Positions 11,186 to 22,116 are shown, counted from the first letter of the stretch. The stretch is DNA of 64,000 bases from an uncultured Methanosarcinaceae archaeon (GCA_963847185.1 CAWJYV010000010.1:1-64000), one strand, 5' to 3'. Made by a program: numbers and translations. Notes: generated by a model from the letters alone, not told the origin.

Positions 11186-11773
11186 TTGAAAGCTCTGATT
11201 ATCATAGATATGACTAATGATTTCGTATTTGAGACATACGAATACCAGGGAGAGACCTACCAGGGAAAACTTGTAGCGCCACTTGGAAAAAACATTGTTA
11301 ATAAAATAGCTGGGCTTATAAAAAAAGTAGTAAGCAAAAGAACAGTCAGTGTCATCAGGCTTACAAAAGATCATCTGGATGCCTTTAGAAACCCCGAACT
11401 TGAGCTAAAAGTTGCTGAACTGGGAATGAGTGAAGTATTCATAACAGGTCTGGTTGAAGAGCTCTGCATACACATTAATAGTATGGGTTTTCTCGAAAGG
11501 GGCTTTCGGACAAATATAGTAAAAGGATGCACTGTGCCTTTTGAGGGAGAAAAAGGGAAAAAAGCATTGACAGAGCTCATAGAATGCGGAGTAAGAATAG
11601 TCGATGACATTCCTGAAGACATAAAGCTTATCCTGCTTCTCGAAGACGAACATGACGAAGACTCCGAAGAAATAAAATCAGGAGATTGGCCACCCCATAA
11701 TATGAGAGGAAGCCCCGGAGCTATGACAGTCAGAGAGATAAGAGAAGCTCTTGAGGAAAGATATAATTACTAA
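11186..11773 (+). CDS. Isochorismatase/nicotinamidase-family cysteine hydrolase with rearranged motif order
   Basis: ALIIIDMTNDF (catalytic Asp), K..LDAF.NPEL (Lys), ITGLVEELCI (Cys). The D-x-H...WPPH..GSPGA segment is C-terminal. Confidence 0.82.
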   Translation: MKALIIIDMTNDFVFETYEYQGETYQGKLVAPLGKNIVNKIAGLIKKVVSKRTVSVIRLTKDHLDAFRNPELELKVAELGMSEVFITGLVEELCIHINSMGFLERGFRTNIVKGCTVPFEGEKGKKALTELIECGVRIVDDIPEDIKLILLLEDEHDEDSEEIKSGDWPPHNMRGSPGAMTVREIREALEERYNY

Positions 11774-11848
11774 AAATCATGTTGAGGTTTTGCCAGAAAG
11801 TTAAAGGGAAAATGATTTTTTTCCCTTACTGTATCAAAGGTTTAGCTT

Positions 11849-12640
11849 TTACCTTCCTGACCTCTTTTTCAACAGGCGCAACGCGGAAAGAACTCCTGCC
11901 GTCGTAAAGACAGATCCAAAACCTGGAATTTTATTTCCTTCTTCGGAAGTTGCTTCTGGAGCTTCATCATCCATTACATTCTGTGCCTTTTCTCCAGATC
12001 CGGAAGTTTCTGTCGGTGTTATTGTAACAGCACCTTTCTTTTGCCCTGTGATTGAATAGAAAGAGAAGCCATGGGTTTCGGACCTTAAATAGAGGAATTC
12101 TTCATCCTCTCCAACTTTTTCAGTAGAAAGTTGAACCCAGGCATTTTCATGGAAGCGATTCAGAAAGATCTTCGCTTCATTGATATTGTTTCCTTCTATC
12201 CACGCTCGTGGGACCTTGAAGTCAATAACAGCTCCCTCAAAAGAGCCTGATTCTCCGAATCCCTGGCTTCCGATAACTATATTCATATACTGGTAGACCT
12301 CGCCTTTCGGAACTTCGAGAACTGTTTTTGGCAGGCCGTTCAGGATCTCAACTTTCCCGGTTACAGTTCCTGCGCTAATCCCTGAAACAAAGCTGATGCC
12401 CATAACACTGCAGCCGGGATTGCTGAAGTTGAAATTCGCTTGCTGGCCTGCGATTACCTGCTGCCTGGAAACGCTCGATGTCAGGACATTGACAGAAGAA
12501 ACTCCCGATATTCCTCCAAGAGAAGCTGACCGTCTACTGCTACTCTGTCCTTTTTCAGCCTGGTTATTATAAGTTTGCCCGCCTTCTTCGGAAACTTCGG
12601 TTTTTTTGTATACCGGGAGATAATCCTTACTTCCGGTCAT
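11849..12640 (-). CDS. PGF-pre-PGF domain plus PGF-CTERM sorting signal; 3' part of the frameshifted surface protease gene
   Basis: VYQYMNI..G, IDFKVPRAWIEGNNI, LNRF, ETHGFSFYSITG; C-terminal IPGF + hydrophobic helix + KKRSGR. Confidence 0.85.
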   Translation of the reverse strand: MTGSKDYLPVYKKTEVSEEGGQTYNNQAEKGQSSSRRSASLGGISGVSSVNVLTSSVSRQQVIAGQQANFNFSNPGCSVMGISFVSGISAGTVTGKVEILNGLPKTVLEVPKGEVYQYMNIVIGSQGFGESGSFEGAVIDFKVPRAWIEGNNINEAKIFLNRFHENAWVQLSTEKVGEDEEFLYLRSETHGFSFYSITGQKKGAVTITPTETSGSGEKAQNVMDDEAPEATSEEGNKIPGFGSVFTTAGVLSALRLLKKRSGR

Positions 12641-15600
12641 GGAATTGATAACATAAGGAAATCTCCTATCCCATTACAATCAGCGTCAGAGCCTGCATAA
12701 TCGCTCCAGTAGTTTCCTGTGGTCGTGTTCCAGGTATTGTGTCCTTTGTCCATAACGTTTTTTGTGTTGTTGAATAAGTTTCCATAGATGATGTTATTTG
12801 CAGCTGCTGTAAGCCAGATCCCGGATTCAGAGTTATTTGAAACCGTGTTAGAAAACAGGATGTTATCTGTAGTCAAAACTTCCCCTGTCCAGCCCTCAAG
12901 ATCAATTCCACGGGTGTTTTCTGAAGCAGTATTTTCTGAAAGGGTGTTGTGCTGGCTTATGGTCAGGTAAAATCCGTTTTTACTGTTTGTATTTGCGGTG
13001 TTTGCTGTCAGGATATTATAATCCGAATCAAACAAATAAATCCCGAAAGTATTATTAAAAACAATATTTTCCGCAAAAGTGTTGCCATTGGAACAGTCTG
13101 CCCGAATTCCTGTGTCGCTCCCCAAGGCACTGTTGCCGCTTATGGTATTATCTCGGGATTCGGAAAGGTATATGCCATAGCCGGAATTTTCGGACAGGGT
13201 GTTATTTTCCAGGGTATTTCCTGAAGAGGCCGTCAGGGAAACTCCGTATGAATTGCCCGAAAAGTTATTTCCTCGTATCTTACAATTTCCGGAATCCATA
13301 AGGTATATCCCGTAAAAATTATTGGCGAAAGTATTGTTTTCAAGTGCTGCATCTTCAGTCCCGCAAAGATAGACTCCGTAAAGTCCGTTCTGGAATAAAA
13401 GATCCCTTACTGTTATGTTCAGGCAGTTGAGTAAACAAACAGATCCAGCGTCTGATTCCGCTTCCAGAATATAGTCGGAGACTCCTGAAAGGAGATACAG
13501 GGGCTTTTCATTAAGGAGGTTACTTGACTCTATATCAGGCACTTTTTGTGATGTACAATTTCCTTCAATTTCAAAATTGTACCTGTTCCCATCCATTCTA
13601 TTGCCTGAGAAACATTTCCATTGCGAGTCTTTAATATAAATCCCGTAGGAATTTGAATCTGCACAGCTGTTCGTAAAATCCAAGAATGATGAACCTGAAA
13701 CATAGAATCCGTAACTGTTTTTCGATGTGCTTATATTCTCAATATGAGAATCCACAGTATTGTAGAGGTAGAGCCCATAGTAATTTCCGGAGAGGTTCAG
13801 ATCCCTGACTGTTATATTCTGACAGTCAATACAATATACTGTTCCGGCATTCGAAGTTGAATCAAGGATAAGGTTTCTCTCATTTACAAGGTAGTAAACA
13901 GGCTTGCCGTCAACTGTATTGCTTTCATCAATGTCTTGATCAGCCGAAGCCCTGGGAATCGCAAAATTGAAAGAGTTATTTTCCATCCTGTTGTTTCTCA
14001 GAATGTTCCCTTCCGATGCGGACATATATATTCCGTAACGATTGGATTCAGCCCTGTTCCCATTAAAGGTGCAGTTCTCTGTAAGAATCGAATAAATTCC
14101 ACAGAAATTGTCCGAAAGCAAGTTCCCACTTATGTTGCAGTCCCTAGCATCATAGATCCAGATTCCAGCGGTGCTATATGAGGAAGAAGACAGAAGTTCG
14201 GACCCTCCACTTACGGAAAAACTTGAAATATTGACTGCATCTGCCGTTACGTAGAACACCGAATCTTTTGGATTTGCAGCCCTTACTTCCGTGAACTCGG
14301 GTCCTGATTCGGAAATGATTGTCACGGTCCTGTCGACATCCACGTTTTCTATATATGTACCGTTACGGACAACTATTGTGGCTCCCGGAGAAGCAGAATC
14401 AACTGCATCCTGAATCGAAGTGAAGTCCGCAGACCCGTCATCATCCACATAGAGCAGGGAAGCGTCAGTTACTCTGATCCATTCTGTTCTTTCAACAGTA
14501 CTGTTCCCATATTCGTTTTCCACATGGAGCGTGACATTATAATTCCCGGCTTCCGAATATGTATGGACCGGAAAACGGTCATTAGAGGTGTCTCCGTCCC
14601 CGAAGTCCCAGTACCAGGTTGTGGGGGAAAGGGTACTTGCATCAATAAATCCAACCGTGAGAGGATCCGGACCCGAGGTCACATTGGCTGTAAAGGCAGC
14701 TTCCGCCGCCTTGCTTCTGTTTGTGAAGGCTTTAATACAGACATTCATGTTTTCCACAGCAAGAGCAGTATCCACCCAGCTTTTCCCGTCCAGGCTGAAG
14801 AAACTCTCCCCTGAGTTTGCCCTTGCTTTGCTGCTATACTCTTCCAAAGGTAATTCAACAGCCACAGGATAGGAGTATTCAGGGGTAGTAAATTTTACGA
14901 CTACTGAAAAGTTACGTCCCTGCTCAAGTGGGACTCCGGATTCCAGGGAAACAGTATGATAGCCTGCAAAGGTGATTGTCCCGGTGGCAGAAGCTTCTGG
15001 TCCTGTAGGATTTATGGGGCCGGAAACCGGATCAGTGTAGATGTAGATTTCGTACTCTGTGCTGGAGTCAGGAGTATAGAAGCTCACGGCCTCAAGAGTC
15101 TCGGCTTCTTCGGCCTTAAAGACATTAGCTGCCCAGGCTGTGTTGCTTTCTGAGGATCCGATATTTTCAACCCAGCCCAGGGGATCGTACTGGTACACAT
15201 GGGAATAGGAATTCAGGTCTTCGGCTTTATGAACTACATTTCCGCTCCCGATATTAGTATCATAATACGAAACATAGAAGAATCCTTCTTCTCCCCAGTT
15301 GGTACCCCAGGAATTCTTGATAATAAATGCTCCGTCTCCAGGAGCTGCAGGAGTGAATTTGTTTCGGTCAAAAGAATCATCCCAGCCTACTATACCTATC
15401 ATATGGTTTTCACTATTCGAGCCTGCGTAATAATAAGTGCAGTTGGCAGCGTCATAAGCATCTGGAGAATAATAAATTAAAGAGCTAACCACCCCGTATT
15501 TCATCAGGGCCCATTTGATCAGATCATTATCTTCGGAACCGTTTCTAGACGGGATAAAAAACACTTCCTGTATCCTTTTTAAGGGTGGGAGGTCTGTCGG

Positions 15601-16326
15601 AGATATCCCGGAGTGAGAGTCGTAGGAATCATCGGTTTCACTTACCGGGCCGCTCCAGCGGGCAAAGTAAGCTGTGGTCATAAAAGCGTTTCCACCATCG
15701 TCATAGTCAAAACTTTCAGGATACTCTCCGGAAAGCAGGTTTTTTATGTTGTTTTCGGAAAGGTCCATGTTTTTTCCCTCTGCTCCGAGAATATAAGATT
15801 CAAGAGATGCATAAGCTCCAAATGCCCAGCAGCTTCCCGCATCCATCTGATCTCGAACAGGACTTACACGCCCTAGAGCCCTGAGGTCGTAAGAAGCAGG
15901 AAAATTACTCAAACCTTCCGGATATTCGATGCCTTTCAGATGGGAGAGGTCTACAGGAGATGGAATTAAACCAGTTACCGAATCTTCAACTTCTTCTCCA
16001 GAAAGCTCATTTGAAATAAGAAGCACTCTCCCCTCATTTAGCTCTTTATTTTCCAGATAGTTTCCAAACCTGGGATTCAAAGGAGCAAGGGAAAAAAGTT
16101 TTGATGAATTACTTCCAGAAGGAACGGTTTCACTATTTTCTTCTTTGATAGTTACTTCATTTTCATATGGAGTTGATTCATTATTATTGAATCCAATTGA
16201 CTCATTATTTTTAAAAGATACATTTACATTTTCTATATATGTAGAATTTTCCGAAATTGCTGCCGCTTGCACAAGCAGGAGGCATATTGCAGCAAAAGAG
16301 AAGAATATAATGTTTTTTTTAAGCAT
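12637..16326 (-). CDS. Cell-surface C1A cysteine peptidase with lectin-like, PKD and NosD beta-helix domains
   Basis: Signal peptide; PASYDLR..VSPVRDQ..AGSCWAF; NHMIGIVGWDD; IIKNSWG; YQYDPLGW; PKD WYWDFGDG; SIQDAVD plus GIYL repeats; GNYWSDY. Separated from its anchor by a 1-nt frameshift. Confidence 0.9.
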   Translation of the reverse strand: MLKKNIIFFSFAAICLLLVQAAAISENSTYIENVNVSFKNNESIGFNNNESTPYENEVTIKEENSETVPSGSNSSKLFSLAPLNPRFGNYLENKELNEGRVLLISNELSGEEVEDSVTGLIPSPVDLSHLKGIEYPEGLSNFPASYDLRALGRVSPVRDQMDAGSCWAFGAYASLESYILGAEGKNMDLSENNIKNLLSGEYPESFDYDDGGNAFMTTAYFARWSGPVSETDDSYDSHSGISPTDLPPLKRIQEVFFIPSRNGSEDNDLIKWALMKYGVVSSLIYYSPDAYDAANCTYYYAGSNSENHMIGIVGWDDSFDRNKFTPAAPGDGAFIIKNSWGTNWGEEGFFYVSYYDTNIGSGNVVHKAEDLNSYSHVYQYDPLGWVENIGSSESNTAWAANVFKAEEAETLEAVSFYTPDSSTEYEIYIYTDPVSGPINPTGPEASATGTITFAGYHTVSLESGVPLEQGRNFSVVVKFTTPEYSYPVAVELPLEEYSSKARANSGESFFSLDGKSWVDTALAVENMNVCIKAFTNRSKAAEAAFTANVTSGPDPLTVGFIDASTLSPTTWYWDFGDGDTSNDRFPVHTYSEAGNYNVTLHVENEYGNSTVERTEWIRVTDASLLYVDDDGSADFTSIQDAVDSASPGATIVVRNGTYIENVDVDRTVTIISESGPEFTEVRAANPKDSVFYVTADAVNISSFSVSGGSELLSSSSYSTAGIWIYDARDCNISGNLLSDNFCGIYSILTENCTFNGNRAESNRYGIYMSASEGNILRNNRMENNSFNFAIPRASADQDIDESNTVDGKPVYYLVNERNLILDSTSNAGTVYCIDCQNITVRDLNLSGNYYGLYLYNTVDSHIENISTSKNSYGFYVSGSSFLDFTNSCADSNSYGIYIKDSQWKCFSGNRMDGNRYNFEIEGNCTSQKVPDIESSNLLNEKPLYLLSGVSDYILEAESDAGSVCLLNCLNITVRDLLFQNGLYGVYLCGTEDAALENNTFANNFYGIYLMDSGNCKIRGNNFSGNSYGVSLTASSGNTLENNTLSENSGYGIYLSESRDNTISGNSALGSDTGIRADCSNGNTFAENIVFNNTFGIYLFDSDYNILTANTANTNSKNGFYLTISQHNTLSENTASENTRGIDLEGWTGEVLTTDNILFSNTVSNNSESGIWLTAAANNIIYGNLFNNTKNVMDKGHNTWNTTTGNYWSDYAGSDADCNGIGDFLMLSIP

Positions 16327-16747
16327 TTTATCCCCATAACCATTTTATTTCGCTTAACAACTATTTTGAAAATAGAAAGTAGACTTTCTTCATGCCATTT
16401 AAACACAAAATATCAGTACATCCCAAAATCACATACAAATTTTAACTACAATTTTGGGTCGAACAGTACAACATTATATATTTTTATATATATTAAGTGT
16501 TTTTATATTTTTATATTTGCCAAGAAAAATTGCATATAAAGGTTTCAAAAGTAAACTTATCACAAATAACGAAAACATAAGATGAAAATAAGAAAAACTC
16601 TTGGGCAAAATTAATAGTCATCAAAAATAAAGAATAGAGAAAAAGAGGAAGAAGGGAGCAAAAATTTACGTTTTGAAACTTTAGCCTTCTCTTTTGGAAT
16701 TCATATTTATCTTTTGAAACTTCTTGTTTACCTTTTTACATTTTCTC

Positions 16748-16859
16748 GGTTGTGTACGTGAGTCATTGATCAAACCTGAAAAAACGAGTACGTATATGGC
16801 GTTTGAGGAAAATACAAAGAGATCCCTATGCTCATGGTTTTCAGTAACTCACGTACACA
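16748..16859. mobile_element. ~112-bp MITE with 8-9 bp target duplication
   Basis: IR TGTGTACGTGAGT / ACTCACGTACACA; flanking direct repeat CATTTTCTC at 16739-16747 and 16860-16868. Confidence 0.75.
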
Positions 16860-16870
16860 CATTTTCTCAT

Positions 16871-17794
16871 TCAGGATAAAACCCTTTCTTCATAATTTAA
16901 TATACTCTCGATTTCCTTTTCCTGCTTTGGCTTCTCTTCAAGAATCTGCTGTTTTTCCGGTGTGTTATCAAGACGAATAATGCGTTGAGGGAAGGCAATT
17001 TCTATACCATTCTCTTCAAGGGATTTCTTTATGTTCCAGAGAAGGCGCGTTTTCAATCCGAACCACTCGCTTACAGGTGCCCAAATCCTGATTAGTATTT
17101 TTACCGAACTTTCTCCAAGGTCGCTTACGTAAACTGAAGGGGAAGGACTAAGAAGGGCAAAAGGCTCTTTGTCGATGAGATCTTTAATGAGCCAGATTGC
17201 TGCGTTGGCATCGTCACTGTAGCGTATTCCAATTGACCACTCGAACCTTCTTACCGGATGGCCCACAATATTTGTGATATTTGTTGTAAAGACCTGCTGA
17301 TTGGGGATACGGACGAGAAGTCCATCATAAGTCCGTATAAGAGTGGAGATTATGCGAATATCGGTAACATAGCCCGAGATATCATTGATTTGAACCTGAT
17401 CCCCTATTTTTATAGGCCTCTCTACCATTAGAAAGAATCCAGAAACCAGATTTCCTACAATATTCTGACTCGCAAAACCGAGGATAATACCTGTGATTCC
17501 TCCTGCTAGCAAGAGCCCGGAAGGATCAAGCCCTATTAAAGGAAGACTGGAAATGAAAACGATAATAAGTGTACCATAGTAAAGGAATTTAAGGACAGTC
17601 TCCCCTACATCCTTACTGACCTTATCTTTGAAAGACCTGCGCAGGTAAAGTGCAACGATTCTGGCAACAAGGGTCGAAAATGACAGAATAAGGATAAATT
17701 TTAGCAGATCTCCCATGAGTGACTTCAGCTTTTGAGGTGGTATTGTAAAGGACCGAATCCAGAAGATTAAGGTCCAGCATATCAAAAACCCCAC
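16871..17794 (-). CDS. mscS: Small-conductance mechanosensitive channel MscS family
   Basis: LGFASQNIVGNLVSGFFLMVERPIKIGDQV, IPNQ, GIEIAFPQR. Confidence 0.92.
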   Translation of the reverse strand: MGFLICWTLIFWIRSFTIPPQKLKSLMGDLLKFILILSFSTLVARIVALYLRRSFKDKVSKDVGETVLKFLYYGTLIIVFISSLPLIGLDPSGLLLAGGITGIILGFASQNIVGNLVSGFFLMVERPIKIGDQVQINDISGYVTDIRIISTLIRTYDGLLVRIPNQQVFTTNITNIVGHPVRRFEWSIGIRYSDDANAAIWLIKDLIDKEPFALLSPSPSVYVSDLGESSVKILIRIWAPVSEWFGLKTRLLWNIKKSLEENGIEIAFPQRIIRLDNTPEKQQILEEKPKQEKEIESILNYEERVLS

Positions 17795-18525
17795 CCCATA
17801 TAAAACTTCAGAGGGACAAAACCAAGCTTCCTAAGGCCGTACACTCCAAAAGCTTCTTTGCGGCTTTTACGGTTTTTTACAGATTGGTTTCTAAATTCCG
17901 AATTAATATTCTGCAACTCAAAACCTGTTTCAGCCGTGGTTCTATTAATAATATCCATGCGCGCCCTCATGAAAACGTCACCATTATAGTAAAGTTTCAT
18001 TCCATACGCACTGAAAACAGCCTTTGAGATTGAAGCCCAGTCGGAAGAAGAGTTTCGAAGTGTCAGTTCAATAATTCCTTCCTGCAGGGGATTAGGGGAA
18101 GGAGAAGTTGAATATATCTGGCTTTTCCAGTGCTTACAAACTACTCCATTTGAAACCTCACCATAAAGAGTGAATTTCTGTCTGACAAGAGTCAAAACGT
18201 CCAGAAGCTGGAGACTTTTGTTTCCTTTATCCGCGATAAAAATGCCTATTTCAATGGGGAAAGTCAGAAAGATCTGTTTTTTCTCTCCTCCCGCAAGAAG
18301 CAAATTTTTCTCAAACTCTATCAACAAATTTGGAGTAATTTCTTTAGGAGTGTTGAGAGGTTCCACCGGATTTATAATTATATGCTTCTCATCCCCAAAG
18401 ATGACTCTTTCTACCTCTTCTGTTCCAAGTGTTCTTTTATATACCCACCGCTCTTCAACGTTTTCCACGGAAATCGAAATTCCTTCCTTCTCTACCGAAA
18501 ATGGAAGATCATAATAGCCGTACAT
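17782..18525 (-). CDS. DUF432-type protein
   Basis: IINPVEPLNTPKEIT..LLIEF, FPIEIG, KFTLYG..SNGVVCK; overlaps the mscS start. Confidence 0.75.
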   Translation of the reverse strand: MYGYYDLPFSVEKEGISISVENVEERWVYKRTLGTEEVERVIFGDEKHIIINPVEPLNTPKEITPNLLIEFEKNLLLAGGEKKQIFLTFPIEIGIFIADKGNKSLQLLDVLTLVRQKFTLYGEVSNGVVCKHWKSQIYSTSPSPNPLQEGIIELTLRNSSSDWASISKAVFSAYGMKLYYNGDVFMRARMDIINRTTAETGFELQNINSEFRNQSVKNRKSRKEAFGVYGLRKLGFVPLKFYMGWGF

Positions 18526-18715
18526 AATAACCCGATAGTTAATATTTTTTAGACAAAATTCTGACTTCTTTAATATACATACAAACTATTATAAAAAATT
18601 ACACCTTAAATATTTATAGATATTGGGGGAAAAGAAAATGAAAAGAAGAGAAGCAAAAACAGAAAGAAAGAGAGATGGAATAAAAAGTAAAAAAGACGAT
18701 GAGAAGAGAATTGGT

Positions 18716-19786
18716 TTAGACCCATCTTTTCTTCTTAAAGTAAGTAAACATAGTGATTCCCACTGCTGTCATAAATACCATCACTGCGGGATAGCCCCAG
18801 CGTAGCTCGAGCTCAGGCATATACTCAAAATTCATCCCATAAACACCTGCTATAAATGTAAGGGGGATAAAAATAGTGGCAATAACTGTCAGAACCTTCA
18901 TGACATCATTCATTCTATAGCTTAAACTGGAGAGATAGACATCTACCATTGAGGATAGAATATCCCTATAAGTCTCAATCGAATCGATAATCTGGATAGT
19001 GTGGTCATAGACATCTCGAAGATAAATCCGGGTAGTTTCTGTAATAAGTTCTGACTCGGATCTATGCAAACTGTTGATCGATTCTCTGAGAGGCCAGACA
19101 GATTTTCGAAGGATGATCATATCTCTTTTATAGTTTTGAATAGTTTTCATGGTTTCAGATCTTGGGTCTATAATTAATACTTCCTCGAGGCTCTCAATTT
19201 CTTCCCCGAAATGTTCAAGAATCAGGAAATAATTGTCAACAACAGCATCTATGAGACCATAGGCAAGATAATCCACACCACTTTTCCGAAGACGAGATCC
19301 CGAAGTTTTGAGCCTTTCTATTAAAGGATCAAAAATATCCACTTCTCTTTCCTGAAAAGAAAGGATGAAATTGGAACCAAAGATTATGCTTATCTGATCT
19401 GTTGCAATCTTTTCGTCCATTTCCGTATTAAGTAGCATTATCTTTAAAACAGTATAGATATATGATCCATAATCGTCTGACTTGGGACGTTGTCCTGTAT
19501 GGAGTACATCTTCAAGGGTAAGAGGATGAATATTAAAATAGCTTCCAATCTTTTCTATAACCTCTACTTTATCAAGCCCATCCACATTTATCCAGATATT
19601 AAGATCGGATTTGTCCTTAAAAGCCATACATTCTTCAATACTGCTCAGTTCTTTCTCTATAATTTTTTCACTATTATAGGCCAGAATTTTGATTATGACT
19701 TTTTCAGCTTTTTTTTCTCCTACATGGATAAGAGTTCCAGGTGCAAGCCCTACCTTTTCTCTTCTTCCTGAAGTTCTCAGTTTCAT
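18716..19786 (-). CDS. corA: Magnesium/cobalt transporter CorA
   Basis: IHPLTLED, QRPK, YLRDVYDH, GVYGMNF, MPEL..RWGY. Confidence 0.95.
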   Translation of the reverse strand: MKLRTSGRREKVGLAPGTLIHVGEKKAEKVIIKILAYNSEKIIEKELSSIEECMAFKDKSDLNIWINVDGLDKVEVIEKIGSYFNIHPLTLEDVLHTGQRPKSDDYGSYIYTVLKIMLLNTEMDEKIATDQISIIFGSNFILSFQEREVDIFDPLIERLKTSGSRLRKSGVDYLAYGLIDAVVDNYFLILEHFGEEIESLEEVLIIDPRSETMKTIQNYKRDMIILRKSVWPLRESINSLHRSESELITETTRIYLRDVYDHTIQIIDSIETYRDILSSMVDVYLSSLSYRMNDVMKVLTVIATIFIPLTFIAGVYGMNFEYMPELELRWGYPAVMVFMTAVGITMFTYFKKKRWV

Positions 19787-20092
19787 GGCTCTGCCTCACA
19801 TTCTAATAAAAATAAGTGCTCTATTTAATTAAAACTTATCTGATTTAAGCTGTTCATAACTTTTTATCCGAAGAATCGTCATTAATATTTTGAAGCGGCG
19901 GAGAATATTTGATATACCAGAATTTTCAAACTTAAAAATGAGCATTTTAAATGTTTGCAGATAATATATATTATATATTGAATAAATATTACAGAATAAT
20001 AATATATTAAGGGGCGTATATTTTCCAAAATTGTTGAGATTGGGGAATTTGGAAGAATGTCAATTTTAGAACAAGATATAGGAGTGGTTAGT

Positions 20093-21014
20093 ATGGTTGA
20101 GAAGAAGTTATGAACAGTGTATATAAGTATGCTTAATCAATTTATAGCATTTATTCCGACATTAGTAGCCATAATTCTTCTAATTATTATAGGGTCAATC
20201 TTGGGAAAACTTCTTGGAAAGGTCGGTGCAAGGATACTGGACAAAATAGGACTTGATGACTTAATTGACAGGACAGTAATAGGTGGAATGATAAGAAGAG
20301 GGACAAATGAGTACTGTCGGTTTTTTTGATGCCGTCATCCGCTGGATTATCTACATTATTTTTGCCTTAATTATTCTGGATCTTCTGAATATCGAGGCGG
20401 TTAATGATTTCGTCAACCTGATATTATATTATATCCCACTTGTGATTTCTGCCTTCATTGTACTGCTTATAGGCTTACTGATTGTGGATTTTATCAGCGA
20501 TCTTCTAAAAAAACTGCTAATTTCAACCGGAGTAGACGAGAAATTTGAGCGGACAGCATTTGGAGCCTCACTCAGAACTTCAGGACTGACTGCTTCAGGA
20601 ATAATATCAGGACTGATCAGACTATTTGGATATTTAATTTTCCTGACAGCTGCATCCGATATCCTGCGGCTGGATATGATTACGCAGCTATTATTAGATA
20701 TTACGCATTACCTGCCACGCCTCTTCACAGGTATCTTGATCCTGATGATAGGAATTCTTTCCATTGATATAGTTATGGATTACCTGAGTGGTACTATCAG
20801 GGACATGAATATAGAAGGGTCAGATATCTTTATTCCCCTACTGAGGGGTTTCCTGTTCCTCATCGTGGTTCTGGTTGCCCTGGACACAATGCTGGTTGAT
20901 ACCGGTATTCTCTATCTGTTCTTCGGACCGCTGGCATGGGGAATTGCAATTGTGGTTGCATTCAAATACGGAGTTAAAGACGCACTTGTTGCATACGCCA
21001 GAGAAAGGAAGTAA
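20093..21014 (+). pseudogene. Conserved TM-helix repeat (CmpX/mechanosensitive-associated) membrane protein, frameshifted
   Basis: Repeated FIP.LV.AI..LIIG units split across ORFs 20117-20329 and 20307-21014; frameshifts near 20100-20128 and ~20300. Confidence 0.7.
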
Positions 21015-21209
21015 TCCTTCCTTTCATTTATTTAATTAGAATTATTTTTAAGTAAATTACTTTTTGAAGAAGACCATTTTTGAAGAGGATTATTTAAAAA
21101 GAGGCTCTTTTAAATACATCATTTTTTGAAGATATGCCTTTTTTTTAGAAGAATGAGTGTAAGATTTCCTCTTTTTGTAAACCCTATTTTAATTCCTAGT
21201 AGAAACCTT

Positions 21210-21824
21210 TCAGATTTCTCTACTTGCTGCTTCAGACAGGGTCCGAACATGGAACTCAGAATCAAGATCTTCTGCAACCTTTTTACATTTTTCCAGATCA
21301 ATTGCGGACACATCAACTACTGTAACTCTTGTATGAATTCCTGCTTTTTTTGCAGCCTTCACAAACTCAAGGATGGCTTTGTAAGCGTTTTTATGGATCG
21401 GTCTGCAGATTTTGTTATATTTTTCTTCGGATTCGGCATTAAGACTTACTGAAATGGAATCCATTCCTGCATTTTTCAACTCAGAAATCACATCTTTCCC
21501 GGGATTAATAAGAGCTGCGTGTCCGTTGGTATCAAGTCTGATTCTGATATTTTGGCTTTTAAGCCATCGGGTCACTGCAAGCACGACATCGAACCTGAGT
21601 GTGGGCTCTCCAAGTCCTGTGAATACGACTTCCCTGTATTTTGAAAGATCCAATCCTTCCAGAGTGTCAATAATCTCCTCTGTTGACGGTTCTTTTGAAA
21701 GCCTCAGGTCATACCCGTATACTCCGTCTGCAAAGTTGCGGATGCAGAAGGTGCAATCTGCACTGCAGTGATTTGTAAGGTTGAGATAGAGATTTTTGTG
21801 AGCTTCATAATAAATTGTGTCCAT
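21210..21824 (-). CDS. Radical SAM protein (TatD-associated type)
   Basis: LYLNLTNHCSADCTFCIR (CxxxCxxC), EVVFTGLGEPT, DTNGH, SVSLNA. Confidence 0.88.
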   Translation of the reverse strand: MDTIYYEAHKNLYLNLTNHCSADCTFCIRNFADGVYGYDLRLSKEPSTEEIIDTLEGLDLSKYREVVFTGLGEPTLRFDVVLAVTRWLKSQNIRIRLDTNGHAALINPGKDVISELKNAGMDSISVSLNAESEEKYNKICRPIHKNAYKAILEFVKAAKKAGIHTRVTVVDVSAIDLEKCKKVAEDLDSEFHVRTLSEAASREI

Positions 21825-22116
21825 AAAAATCAAAATTTATTACATTACTTATAACTATGACGCATTAGTTTACGTTCTGTTTCGGAATAGGAAATATTCC
21901 GCATATACACAAATGTTCTATTGCTTTACTTTACTTTTTGCTTATGACTCGTGTTTTCAAGCAGAAGGTTTATAGGCAATTATGTACTTCTAAGGTTCGA
22001 TCTGCAGCATTTAGCTAGCAGTGTCAATGTTTCAACTCATTTACTCTCGCATTGAAGGATTTCAGGTTCTCTTCTAAGAATTTGGATTTTCAGTGTTGAC
22101 AGATATGTGTTAAAAA

